From Sulfolobaceae archaeon (GTDB lineage Archaea > Thermoproteota > Thermoprotei_A > Sulfolobales > Sulfolobaceae): DNA of 25,300 nucleotides. Within the stretch, counting starts at the first letter, position 1. Every line of letters begins with the position of its first letter. The position numbers and the translations under genes were made by a program. Below are positions 17,881 to 25,300 of the stretch, piece after piece. The notes beneath the pieces are model-generated. The model worked only from the letters and a program-made list of their open reading frames with translations, was not told the DNA's origin and made no database searches. The DNA lies in assembly GCA_038893355.1 (NCBI GenBank), contig JAWARQ010000010.1:1-25300 (forward strand), given 5' to 3'.

Positions 17881-19176
17881 ATGTTATCAGAAAGAGTTAA
17901 AAGCATTCTTGAAAAATTCGAACCCGAAAAGGGTCGTATTCCACTTTCTCTTTTTATTGACCAAGAAATTTATGAGCTAGAATTAGCTACTGTCTTCAAA
18001 AGGAGCTGGTTATTTTTAGGATTTGAAAATATGGTGAAAAATGTTGGAGACTACTTCACAACGACAATGGGAGAAGTTCCAGTAATTGTAACAAGAGATA
18101 AGGATAATCAAGTTAGAGTATTCCTAAATTTCTGCATTCATAAAGGAATGAAATTATGCAGGGCAACTCAAGGTAACTCCACCTTCTTCAGATGCCCATA
18201 CCATGGTTGGACTTATTCAAATGACGGAAAGTTAGTTGGGGTGCCTTATTATGAGCCAGGATATGTTGGTATATTAGATAAGGATAAGCTCGGTTTAATA
18301 CATGTTCCTAACGTAAAGGTGTATAAAGGAACGATATGGGCATCACTTGCTGAAAAACCAAAACCTTTTGAGGAATTCTTAGGAGATATGAAACTTTACT
18401 TAGACCTAATACTCGATATGTTTGAAGAAAATATGGAAGTTTATGGAGGAATTCACAGATGGTTAATACCAGTAAATTGGAAGATTCCGATAGAAAACTT
18501 TGCCGGAGATGCTTATCATGCTCCATTCACTCATGCATCTGTTGTACCAATAGGATTAAGGGCGGGTTATCCTAGTAATGTAAGAATAATTTATCCTGGA
18601 AATGGGCATGGAATAGTTTCAATACCTGCAGGAATAGCTTCCAAAAAGGTAGTAGATATTGAGGGCCTAATGCCATTTAGAGAAAAATTGGAAAAAGCCA
18701 TAGAATTACTCTCCAAGAGATATGGAGAGTTCGTTAAAAACATATTCCCATTCGGTCCTCTAAACGTCTTTCCTAACTTTTCAATACATTTCACATGGAA
18801 TTACTTAATATTTAGAGTATGGCACCCGAGGGGCCCGACTTTAACAGAATTGCAAGGAGGGTTATTAGTATTTAAAGACTTACCGGAAGAGACTAAGAAG
18901 CAAGTTCTAAGGAGAGCGATGCATGAATTCGGGCCTGCCGGATTACTAGAGCAAGATGACGCAGAAATTTGGGGTAAGATTGCTGAAAACAGTATTGGGA
19001 TAAGGAAGCATTCAATAGACCCTGAGCTAATTTATACTAGAGGATTAGGAATGGATAAGCAAGCTGAAGAAGTATTAGGAAAAGGTGCGAAAGGAGTAGT
19101 TGGTGAATACTGGAGCGAGGTATCCTTAAGAGGGTTCTACTCTACCTTGAAGAAATATTTAACTGGTGAGGAGTAA
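17881..19176 (+). CDS. Rieske aromatic ring-hydroxylating dioxygenase alpha subunit (second)
   Basis: CIH...CPYHGW, NWK..ENFAGDAYHAPFTH and EQDDAE motifs. Confidence 0.93.
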   Translation: MLSERVKSILEKFEPEKGRIPLSLFIDQEIYELELATVFKRSWLFLGFENMVKNVGDYFTTTMGEVPVIVTRDKDNQVRVFLNFCIHKGMKLCRATQGNSTFFRCPYHGWTYSNDGKLVGVPYYEPGYVGILDKDKLGLIHVPNVKVYKGTIWASLAEKPKPFEEFLGDMKLYLDLILDMFEENMEVYGGIHRWLIPVNWKIPIENFAGDAYHAPFTHASVVPIGLRAGYPSNVRIIYPGNGHGIVSIPAGIASKKVVDIEGLMPFREKLEKAIELLSKRYGEFVKNIFPFGPLNVFPNFSIHFTWNYLIFRVWHPRGPTLTELQGGLLVFKDLPEETKKQVLRRAMHEFGPAGLLEQDDAEIWGKIAENSIGIRKHSIDPELIYTRGLGMDKQAEEVLGKGAKGVVGEYWSEVSLRGFYSTLKKYLTGEE

Positions 19177-19670
19177 TGAATGTAAGCTATGATGAATATC
19201 TTGCCATTCTCTCATTTTTATATAATGAAGCAATGCTTTTAGATGAGAAGAGATATAAAGATTGGTTAGGATTGCTAACAGAAAATTTCGAGTATAGAAT
19301 ATTTTTAGTTGACTTCGTACCTTACACTACTGAAGGACCAAAGCTAATTACGATACTTGATGAGGATAGAAAGTCTATAGAGAGAAGGATTAACAGGCTC
19401 TATACCGAATACGCTTGGGCTGAAGATCCCCAGTCCCATACACTAAGGGTAGTATCCAACGTAATTGTGGAAGGTAAGGTCGAAAATACATATAACGTAA
19501 GAAGTTATCTCATCTTACACAGAGATAGAGGAGATCTTAGAAATGAAGTGTTCTATGCTAGGAGAAATGATAAGATTGTAAAAATTGATGGTAAATTTAA
19601 ATTGAGCAAAAGAGACGTCATAATAATGGAAAGTATTCTTAGGGAGAGAAATATAAGTATTATACTCTAA
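19176..19670 (+). CDS. Aromatic ring-hydroxylating dioxygenase beta subunit (second)
   Basis: FLYNEAMLLD, AWAEDPQSHT and RRND...FKLSKR motifs. TAATG stop/start overlap with the alpha subunit. Confidence 0.92.
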   Translation: MNVSYDEYLAILSFLYNEAMLLDEKRYKDWLGLLTENFEYRIFLVDFVPYTTEGPKLITILDEDRKSIERRINRLYTEYAWAEDPQSHTLRVVSNVIVEGKVENTYNVRSYLILHRDRGDLRNEVFYARRNDKIVKIDGKFKLSKRDVIIMESILRERNISIIL

Positions 19671-19689
19671 AGGAGCAAGGGTGTAATTT

Positions 19690-19971
19690 TTGGAAATAGA
19701 TCTAGTTAATGAGTTTGCGCATGTTGTTATTAAAGTTGATAAAACAGCAAACGGTGTAAGGCTTGCAATAGAATCTAAAAGATTTGAGAGAGAAATATAT
19801 CTAGATCCACTCATGCTTGACTTTTTAACATTGGCAGACCAAGAAGAATTATTAAATTTTATTAAAAATATAATTGAACAAAAGTATCAGAGATTCTTTA
19901 GACTTTTAAATCCATTAACAGATACAAATAGTAATGAAAGCAATAGACTTTCACGTACACCTACCCCTTAA
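19690..19971 (+). CDS. Small conserved Rieske-dioxygenase-associated protein (copy 2)
   Basis: NEFAHV..KVDKTANGVRLAIES.....YLDPLMLD. TTG start after a GGGTG-type SD; overlaps the next gene by 38 bp. Confidence 0.72.
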   Translation: MEIDLVNEFAHVVIKVDKTANGVRLAIESKRFEREIYLDPLMLDFLTLADQEELLNFIKNIIEQKYQRFFRLLNPLTDTNSNESNRLSRTPTP

Positions 19972-20758
19972 AGAACATAACGAGTTTTTAGGAGATCTTC
20001 TTGAACCAGCAAAAAAATACTTTAATATTGATATCGAGGTAAAGGATACAAAAGAAGTATTAGACTATATGAGTAGTCTAGGGATAGAGAGAGTTGTTGT
20101 TTTACCCATTGACTGTTCTACAAATTTGGGCAGAAAGATCCCTAATGAGTCCGTTCTAAGTATTAAGGATGATAGGGTTATTAAATTCGTTTCCGTTGAC
20201 CCTCTTAAGACTAATTCTTTAGAAGAGTTGAGATCATTGCTTAGTAATTCTGAAGTTTTTGGGGTAAAGTTCCATCCTATTGCACAAAATTTTCATCCCT
20301 TAGACGAAAGAGCATTAAGGCTTTACCGTCTAATCGACGATAAAGGTTTAATCGCATTATTCCATACTGGCTTCACTGGGATCGGTGCTGGCATCAGGAC
20401 AAATTTTAGGTTAGATTATGGTAGACCGATCTATTTTGATGAAATTGCTATAAATTTTCCTAACATGAAAATCGTCTTAGCCCACTTCGGCTGGCCCTGG
20501 GTGGATGAAGCGATAGCAGTAGCACTACATAAGCCTAATGTTTATTTAGATCTCTCCGGTTGGGCCCCAAAATATATACCACAAACAATATGGAACTTCT
20601 CAAAGGGTAAACTACAAGATAAGCTACTGTTCGGCTCAGATTATCCAGTAATAAAACCAGAAAGGTGGTTAAGAGAATTCAATGAGATAATAAATATACC
20701 AAATGAAATAAAAGAAAAAATATTATATAAAAACGCAAAAAAATTACTTAATATTTGA
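19934..20758 (+). CDS. Amidohydrolase family protein (Amidohydro_2; CouO-like)
   Basis: IDFHVH, GVKFHP, FHTG.TGIGAG, AHFGWPW, HKPNVYLDLSGWAPKY and FGSDYP motifs. Confidence 0.88.
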   Translation: MKAIDFHVHLPLKEHNEFLGDLLEPAKKYFNIDIEVKDTKEVLDYMSSLGIERVVVLPIDCSTNLGRKIPNESVLSIKDDRVIKFVSVDPLKTNSLEELRSLLSNSEVFGVKFHPIAQNFHPLDERALRLYRLIDDKGLIALFHTGFTGIGAGIRTNFRLDYGRPIYFDEIAINFPNMKIVLAHFGWPWVDEAIAVALHKPNVYLDLSGWAPKYIPQTIWNFSKGKLQDKLLFGSDYPVIKPERWLREFNEIINIPNEIKEKILYKNAKKLLNI

Positions 20759-21078
20759 AAAAAGAAAAATATGAATATAATATAAATAAAATATAATATT
20801 TAAAAATATAGATCTTAATTCATATCAATTAATCCATCCCTCTTTTTCTACTTTCTTTTTTCATATTAGTTGCAAAGGATAGCTAGGTGCCTAATACGAA
20901 GTAGTGATTGGAGTAGCAAAATATATTTCGTATTGCCGAATGTTATTTTCTCCTCGCATTTACTATGAAAAAGACTATAATTATATTTAACCCCTTAAAG
21001 AATGAAACTAGTAAACCAATTCATAAATAATAAAAATAAAGACTAGTTTTTTATATCACAGAAAAGAATTAGTAACAA

Positions 21079-22692
21079 ATGACAGAGGAGAGTAATGTTT
21101 ATCAACTTTATCAGCCAATTTATAAAGAATTCATTAATAACCCTAAACTTTTCAAAATTTATTACTTTGATGATACTATAGACGGCCAAACTTTACTCGA
21201 GCACTCATTATCCTTGGCCTATTACCTTCTAGAAAGGGGTATTAGCAAAGGTGATAGAATTGCTGTCTATACTCAAAACATTCCCCAATTTATTATAGCG
21301 GAATTAGCAAGTTGGTTCATAGGTGCAATAGTTACCCCCCTCAATATAATGTTGAAGAGTCAAGAGCTAGAGTATTACCTTAGTGACTCTGAAGCTAGGG
21401 CGATCATAGCACTAGAAAGGGAATTTAAAGAGAATGTAAAGCCAATTTTAGATAGAACGAAAGTTGAGGTAATAATAACAACAATAGGTAGCGATTACTT
21501 GACCAATAAAGTAAAAATGTTAGAGAACGAGACCAAAACGTTCCCAATGGGTAAAGAAAATGATTTTAAGAGTATTATAGAGAGGTATAAGGGTAAAAAA
21601 GTAGATATTAGCATCCCAGATAGAGAAGAACTTTCAATGATATTATACACTTCTGGAACAACTGGTAAACCAAAAGGTGCAATGTACACCCACTTTAACC
21701 TTTTCTTCACCGCCTATGTCTTTAAGGAATTTTTTGGGCTGGATAGAAACAAGGATATAATAGGAATTTTTACTCCACTATCCCATAATATTGGAGCGTG
21801 TCTAGTTGCTGCATCCTTATATTCTCTAACGCCAGCACTGATCATGTACAGATTTGAGGCCGGAGAGGCCTTAAGACTAATAGAGAAGTATAAGGTTACA
21901 TTCGGGCTACTACCGTCGACTGGATTTATTGCATTAATGAATCATCCTGACTTTAAAAAACGTGATATTTCCTCATTTAGAAAATTATGGTCAGGTGGAG
22001 CCCCGGTACCCCCTTCATTAGTTGAAGAATGGGAAAAACTGACTGGAACTTATATCCATACTGGGTATGGAATGACAGAAACAAGCGGCACAATTTCAAT
22101 GACTCCACTTAATGAAAGGGCTCCAATAGACTCAGAAACTGGAGCATTAGCTGTAGGCAAGCCGATTCCTTATACTGAGGTCAAAATACTAGATCCAGAA
22201 ACTCATAAAGAACTCCCGATAGGTCAGGTAGGAGAGATAGCAGTTAGGGGCTCACACTTGATGAAAGGCTATTGGAAGAAACCAGAAGAAACAGAGAGAG
22301 TTATGTATAACGGATGGCTATTAACCGGGGATTTAGGAAAAATGGATGAAAAGGGGTGGTTATATTATGTAGATAGACTAAAGGATCTAATTGTAGTCTC
22401 AGGATTTAAAGTATGGCCTAGAGAGGTAGAGGATGTGATATATAAGCATCCAGGAGTAAAGGAGGTAGCAGTAGTAGGAATACCCGACCCATACAGAGGG
22501 GAAGTCCCGAAGGCTTACGTAGTCTTAAAAGATGAGTGGAAAGGAAAAGTCACAGAAGAAGAAATAATAAACCTAGTGAGAAAAACCTTAGCTAATTATA
22601 AGGTTCCTAGGGCAGTAGAATTTGTAGACGAATTGCCTAAGACCGCTTCAGGTAAGATAATGAGAAGATTATTAAAAGAAAAGAAATCATGA
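21079..22692 (+). CDS. AMP-forming acyl/aryl-CoA ligase (long-chain-fatty-acid--CoA ligase family)
   Basis: YTSGTTGKPKG, GYGMTE, TGDLG, DRLKD and LPKTASGKI motifs. Confidence 0.93.
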   Translation: MTEESNVYQLYQPIYKEFINNPKLFKIYYFDDTIDGQTLLEHSLSLAYYLLERGISKGDRIAVYTQNIPQFIIAELASWFIGAIVTPLNIMLKSQELEYYLSDSEARAIIALEREFKENVKPILDRTKVEVIITTIGSDYLTNKVKMLENETKTFPMGKENDFKSIIERYKGKKVDISIPDREELSMILYTSGTTGKPKGAMYTHFNLFFTAYVFKEFFGLDRNKDIIGIFTPLSHNIGACLVAASLYSLTPALIMYRFEAGEALRLIEKYKVTFGLLPSTGFIALMNHPDFKKRDISSFRKLWSGGAPVPPSLVEEWEKLTGTYIHTGYGMTETSGTISMTPLNERAPIDSETGALAVGKPIPYTEVKILDPETHKELPIGQVGEIAVRGSHLMKGYWKKPEETERVMYNGWLLTGDLGKMDEKGWLYYVDRLKDLIVVSGFKVWPREVEDVIYKHPGVKEVAVVGIPDPYRGEVPKAYVVLKDEWKGKVTEEEIINLVRKTLANYKVPRAVEFVDELPKTASGKIMRRLLKEKKS

Positions 22693-22839
22693 ATATATTG
22701 TAATTTTCATTTATATTAAATTAATTTTTATATAAAAGATAATTAAATTTTTAAATAATTATAAAAAATAATTATTTAAAAATTTATGCATCTGTTATTA
22801 CGTAAAATTTAAATATTACCTTATATTTAACAAATTTTA

Positions 22840-24162
22840 ATGGATGAGAAAAAAGGAAGTAAGGAGGAAATAGTTATAACTAGGGGAGAACTAGTAAAGG
22901 TAGCTTTTGCATCAGTAGTAGGAACAACAATAGAATGGTATGATTTTACTGTATCAGCAACTGCTGCCGCAATAGTATGGCCTTTCGTATTCTTCCCGCA
23001 ACAAGATCCGGCAGCCGCTTTCCTATTTTCAATAGTAACGTATAGTGTCGGTTTCCCTATTAGGCCTATAGGTGCAATAATATTTGGCCATTTTGGCGAC
23101 AAGTATGGTAGGAAAAGTGTACTAATCTTTACACTCCTTACAATGGGTATTGGAACTTTAGGCATAGGCCTAGTACCGCCCTATGCCACAATAGGAATAT
23201 GGGGCGCAATACTTGTTGGAATATTCAGAATCCTACAAGGACTTTCACTCGGTGGTGAGTGGGGTGCAGTTTCAACTTGGATCACCGAATTTGCTGCCAA
23301 GAGTAAATATAGGGCATTTTGGGCAAGCTGGGTTCAAATGGGAGGCCCAATCGGAATACTCTCATCCAACGCCCTATTCCTATACCTCACACTATCCCTC
23401 ACAAGATCAGACTTCCTAAACTGGGGCTGGAGAATACCATTCTACATCGGAGTAATAGTAGTAATAGTCGGGGCAATAATAAGGTATAGACTCAACGAAA
23501 GCCCATTATTCAAGATGATAATAACTAAGAGATTTACCGCAAGGGTGCCGGTCGTTGAGCTATTTAAGAACCAGTGGAGGACAATTGTAATACTAGCAAT
23601 AAGTTGGTGGTATATCAATACATTAATATGGACACTAACGACATTTACTCAAGGATATATATCTAGAGTAAATCCGAGTGTACCACCCTACATTGGCCCA
23701 CTAGCAGGAATAATGGTAAGTGTAGGCGGAATACCAGGTGTTTTAGCTGGTGCTTTTGCTTCAGATAGGATTGGTAGGAAAATAGCATGCTTGATTGGTA
23801 GTTCATTGGCTGCAGTCTTCTCGTTCCCTTACATCTTGCTAATCTCTACCGGTAGTTTAACATTAACATTCATTTCGCAAGTGATAATGGCATTTATAAT
23901 CCACTTCGGATATGCACCGTTGCCAGCGTTTTTTGCTGAACATTTCCCCACGAGGTATAGAGCCTCTGGTACCGGGTTTACCTATCATATAGCTAACCCG
24001 TTCTCTGGCGCAATAGCGCCGATAATTGCTGCTTACTTTACTGCAATTTATGGTGCAATTAACGCTGCACCATATATTGGGGCTATAGCATTTGCATACT
24101 CAATAACTTCAGTAATAGCCACGTTATTTACGAGGGAGACAATGAAGAAGGAATTAGAATAA
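22840..24162 (+). CDS. MFS transporter, metabolite:H+ symporter (second)
   Basis: GTTIEWYDF, GHFGDKYGRK, GGEWG, WGWRIPF, ESPLF and FPTRYRASG motifs. Confidence 0.93.
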   Translation: MDEKKGSKEEIVITRGELVKVAFASVVGTTIEWYDFTVSATAAAIVWPFVFFPQQDPAAAFLFSIVTYSVGFPIRPIGAIIFGHFGDKYGRKSVLIFTLLTMGIGTLGIGLVPPYATIGIWGAILVGIFRILQGLSLGGEWGAVSTWITEFAAKSKYRAFWASWVQMGGPIGILSSNALFLYLTLSLTRSDFLNWGWRIPFYIGVIVVIVGAIIRYRLNESPLFKMIITKRFTARVPVVELFKNQWRTIVILAISWWYINTLIWTLTTFTQGYISRVNPSVPPYIGPLAGIMVSVGGIPGVLAGAFASDRIGRKIACLIGSSLAAVFSFPYILLISTGSLTLTFISQVIMAFIIHFGYAPLPAFFAEHFPTRYRASGTGFTYHIANPFSGAIAPIIAAYFTAIYGAINAAPYIGAIAFAYSITSVIATLFTRETMKKELE

Positions 24163-24343
24163 TTTTTATAAAAAACAAATATTATTTTTCTCACCAATTA
24201 AATTAGATATGATTAGATTAAATATTCATTAGATTTAGTTTTAAATAAGATAAATTAACTTTTGATTTATAATTTAATAATGATATTATTTCTAATTAAT
24301 AAATGATTTAATCGAGAGAATTGACTAAAGGTAAAAAGAGGTT

Positions 24344-24541
24344 TTATTCTAATTTTTCTCTAAAAGCTCCTATGCTTCTGAATACGGGCTCATCGGAAAA
24401 TGAAAAGACTATTGCATCCCTCTTTCCTAAATTTCTTATCTTATATCTATACCATGGAGGAATTACTGCTACATCATAAGGCGTCATTGTAAAAATGCCG
24501 TAATCTTCTATAAGTATGTCTATATTTCCTTCCAGTGTGGA
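24344..24541 (-). pseudogene. 3' remnant of a cupin dioxygenase (gentisate 1,2-dioxygenase-like), truncated by IS insertion
   Basis: Manual minus-strand translation gives STLEGNIDILIEDYGIFTMTPYDVAVIPPWYRYKIRNLGKRDAIVFSFSDEPVFRSIGAFREKLE*. This matches the GtdA C-terminal pattern (D.FVVPSW...DAVLFSFSDRPV..ALG.FRE) and ends at the IS left end. Confidence 0.72.
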
Positions 24542-25177
24542 GATAGTATCGTCATTAGGGTATAAATTCTTGTATTATGAGTATATTACTTATGGGTAGG
24601 AAGCCTGTATTTAGGCAAGATATTTCTTGTCCTTCTTGTGGTAGTCATCATGTTGTTAAGTGTGGTAAGTCTTGGGGTAGGCAGAAGTTTTTGTGTAGGG
24701 TTTGTGGTAAGCGTTTTTTGGGTGATGCTTCTAGGCATCATTATCATAAGAGTGTTAGGGAGTTGGCTTTGAGGATGTATTCTAATGGTATGAGTATGAG
24801 GGCTATTTCTAGGGTTCTTAATGTGCCTTTGGGTACTGTTTTCACTTGGGTTAAGCGTTATGGTAAGCAGAAGCACGAGAAGGTCGTGGACTTGTGGAGT
24901 AGGGCTAAAGAGCTGGTCAAGGGTAAGGTCGTTACTAAGGTTGTTGATGAGATGTGGACGTACTTGTATAGAAACACTAGGGCTTTCTACAAGTGGGTGT
25001 TTACTTGTTATGTGTACACTAGGCTAGGGTTATACATAATTTACTCTGTTGGTGATAGGGACGAGAATACTTTTCGTGAGGTTAAAATGTACTTGCCAGA
25101 TGATGGTAGGTGGGTTAGTGACGATTATAACGTTTACTTTTGGTTAAAGGATCACAAGGTTGTCTCACTGGTTAACC
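24542..25177 (+). mobile_element. IS1-family insertion sequence (ISC796-like), interrupted at ~25177
   Basis: Abrupt shift to G/T-rich sequence. Putative left end GATAGTATCGTCATTAGGGTAT followed by the transposase. Boundaries approximate. Confidence 0.85.
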
Positions 25178-25194
25178 TATATAGGTTTTATTAG
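24592..25194 (+). pseudogene. IS1-family transposase, C-terminally truncated
   Basis: Zn ribbon CPSC...C..C, HTH (GMSMRAISRVLNVPLGTVFTW), DEMW and SDDY. It ends VVSLVN-LYRFY* and lacks the segment carrying the third (E) catalytic residue. The track start is 24577; MGRKP at 24592 is the likely start. Confidence 0.85.
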
Positions 25195-25300
25195 CCGGGG
25201 TTTAATACTCCCCGGCTGGGGAAACATGGTCGAGGAAAGAACTGAAGCAAAGTCTTCGGAAAAGGGCGTGACAAACCCCTACCGTCGGACTGAACATTGT
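25178..25300 (+). mobile_element. Left end of a second IS (IS110-like suspected), with an ORF starting at 25226 and running off the window
   Basis: Replaces the IS1 transposase C-terminus. Hairpin AGCCGGGG 25193-25200 / CCCCGGCT 25210-25217, then ORF MVEERTEAKSSEKGVTNPYRRTEHC. The family call is from recollection only. Confidence 0.55.

Noticed and set aside
19690-19971. 'Dihydrodiol dehydrogenase' label for the small ORFs
   Set aside because: Too short and lacking any nucleotide-binding motif.
255-25027. Other short track ORFs (255-458, 5403-5585, 5752-5940, 6031-6222, 8384-8626, 10552-10764, 14660-14848, 16064-16258, 18308-18526, 18591-18794, 19515-19814, 21495-21710, 22827-23165, 23213-23419, 24586-24876, 24821-25027)
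   Set aside because: All overlap confidently assigned genes in another frame or strand and show no recognisable motifs.
1-25300. CRISPR array, tRNA or rRNA genes
   Set aside because: No regularly spaced repeats and no extended GC-rich structural RNA-like segments were seen outside the IS-like ends.
1-25300. Island acquired as a composite transposon bounded by the two edge elements
   Set aside because: Not supported as the origin: the right-hand element sits inside an IS that interrupts a cluster gene, so it post-dates the cluster, and the genes have host-like composition.

Overview
AT-rich archaeal DNA, most likely Sulfolobales (TATA boxes just upstream of ATGs, an ISC796-like IS1-family transposase, a stand-alone CutA-like molybdoenzyme subunit). 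Almost the whole window is an aromatic-compound catabolism cluster. It holds two divergent Rieske ring-hydroxylating dioxygenase units (each alpha + beta + a conserved small ORF), a 4,5-dihydroxyphthalate decarboxylase homologue, and LigA- and LigB-like extradiol dioxygenase subunits about 8 kb apart. It also holds a GalB-like oxalomesaconate hydratase, a GalC/LigK aldolase, an amidohydrolase, an acyl/aryl-CoA ligase, two MFS transporters, an amidase, three ThDP enzyme genes, a 2-hydroxyacid dehydrogenase and a GntR regulator. At the right end, an unlisted remnant of a gentisate 1,2-dioxygenase-like cupin gene is cut by an IS1-family element, which is itself cut by a second, probably IS110-family, element. 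The first ~145 bp are GC-rich and structured and look like the end of another IS. All family assignments are from motif recognition; no searches were run.
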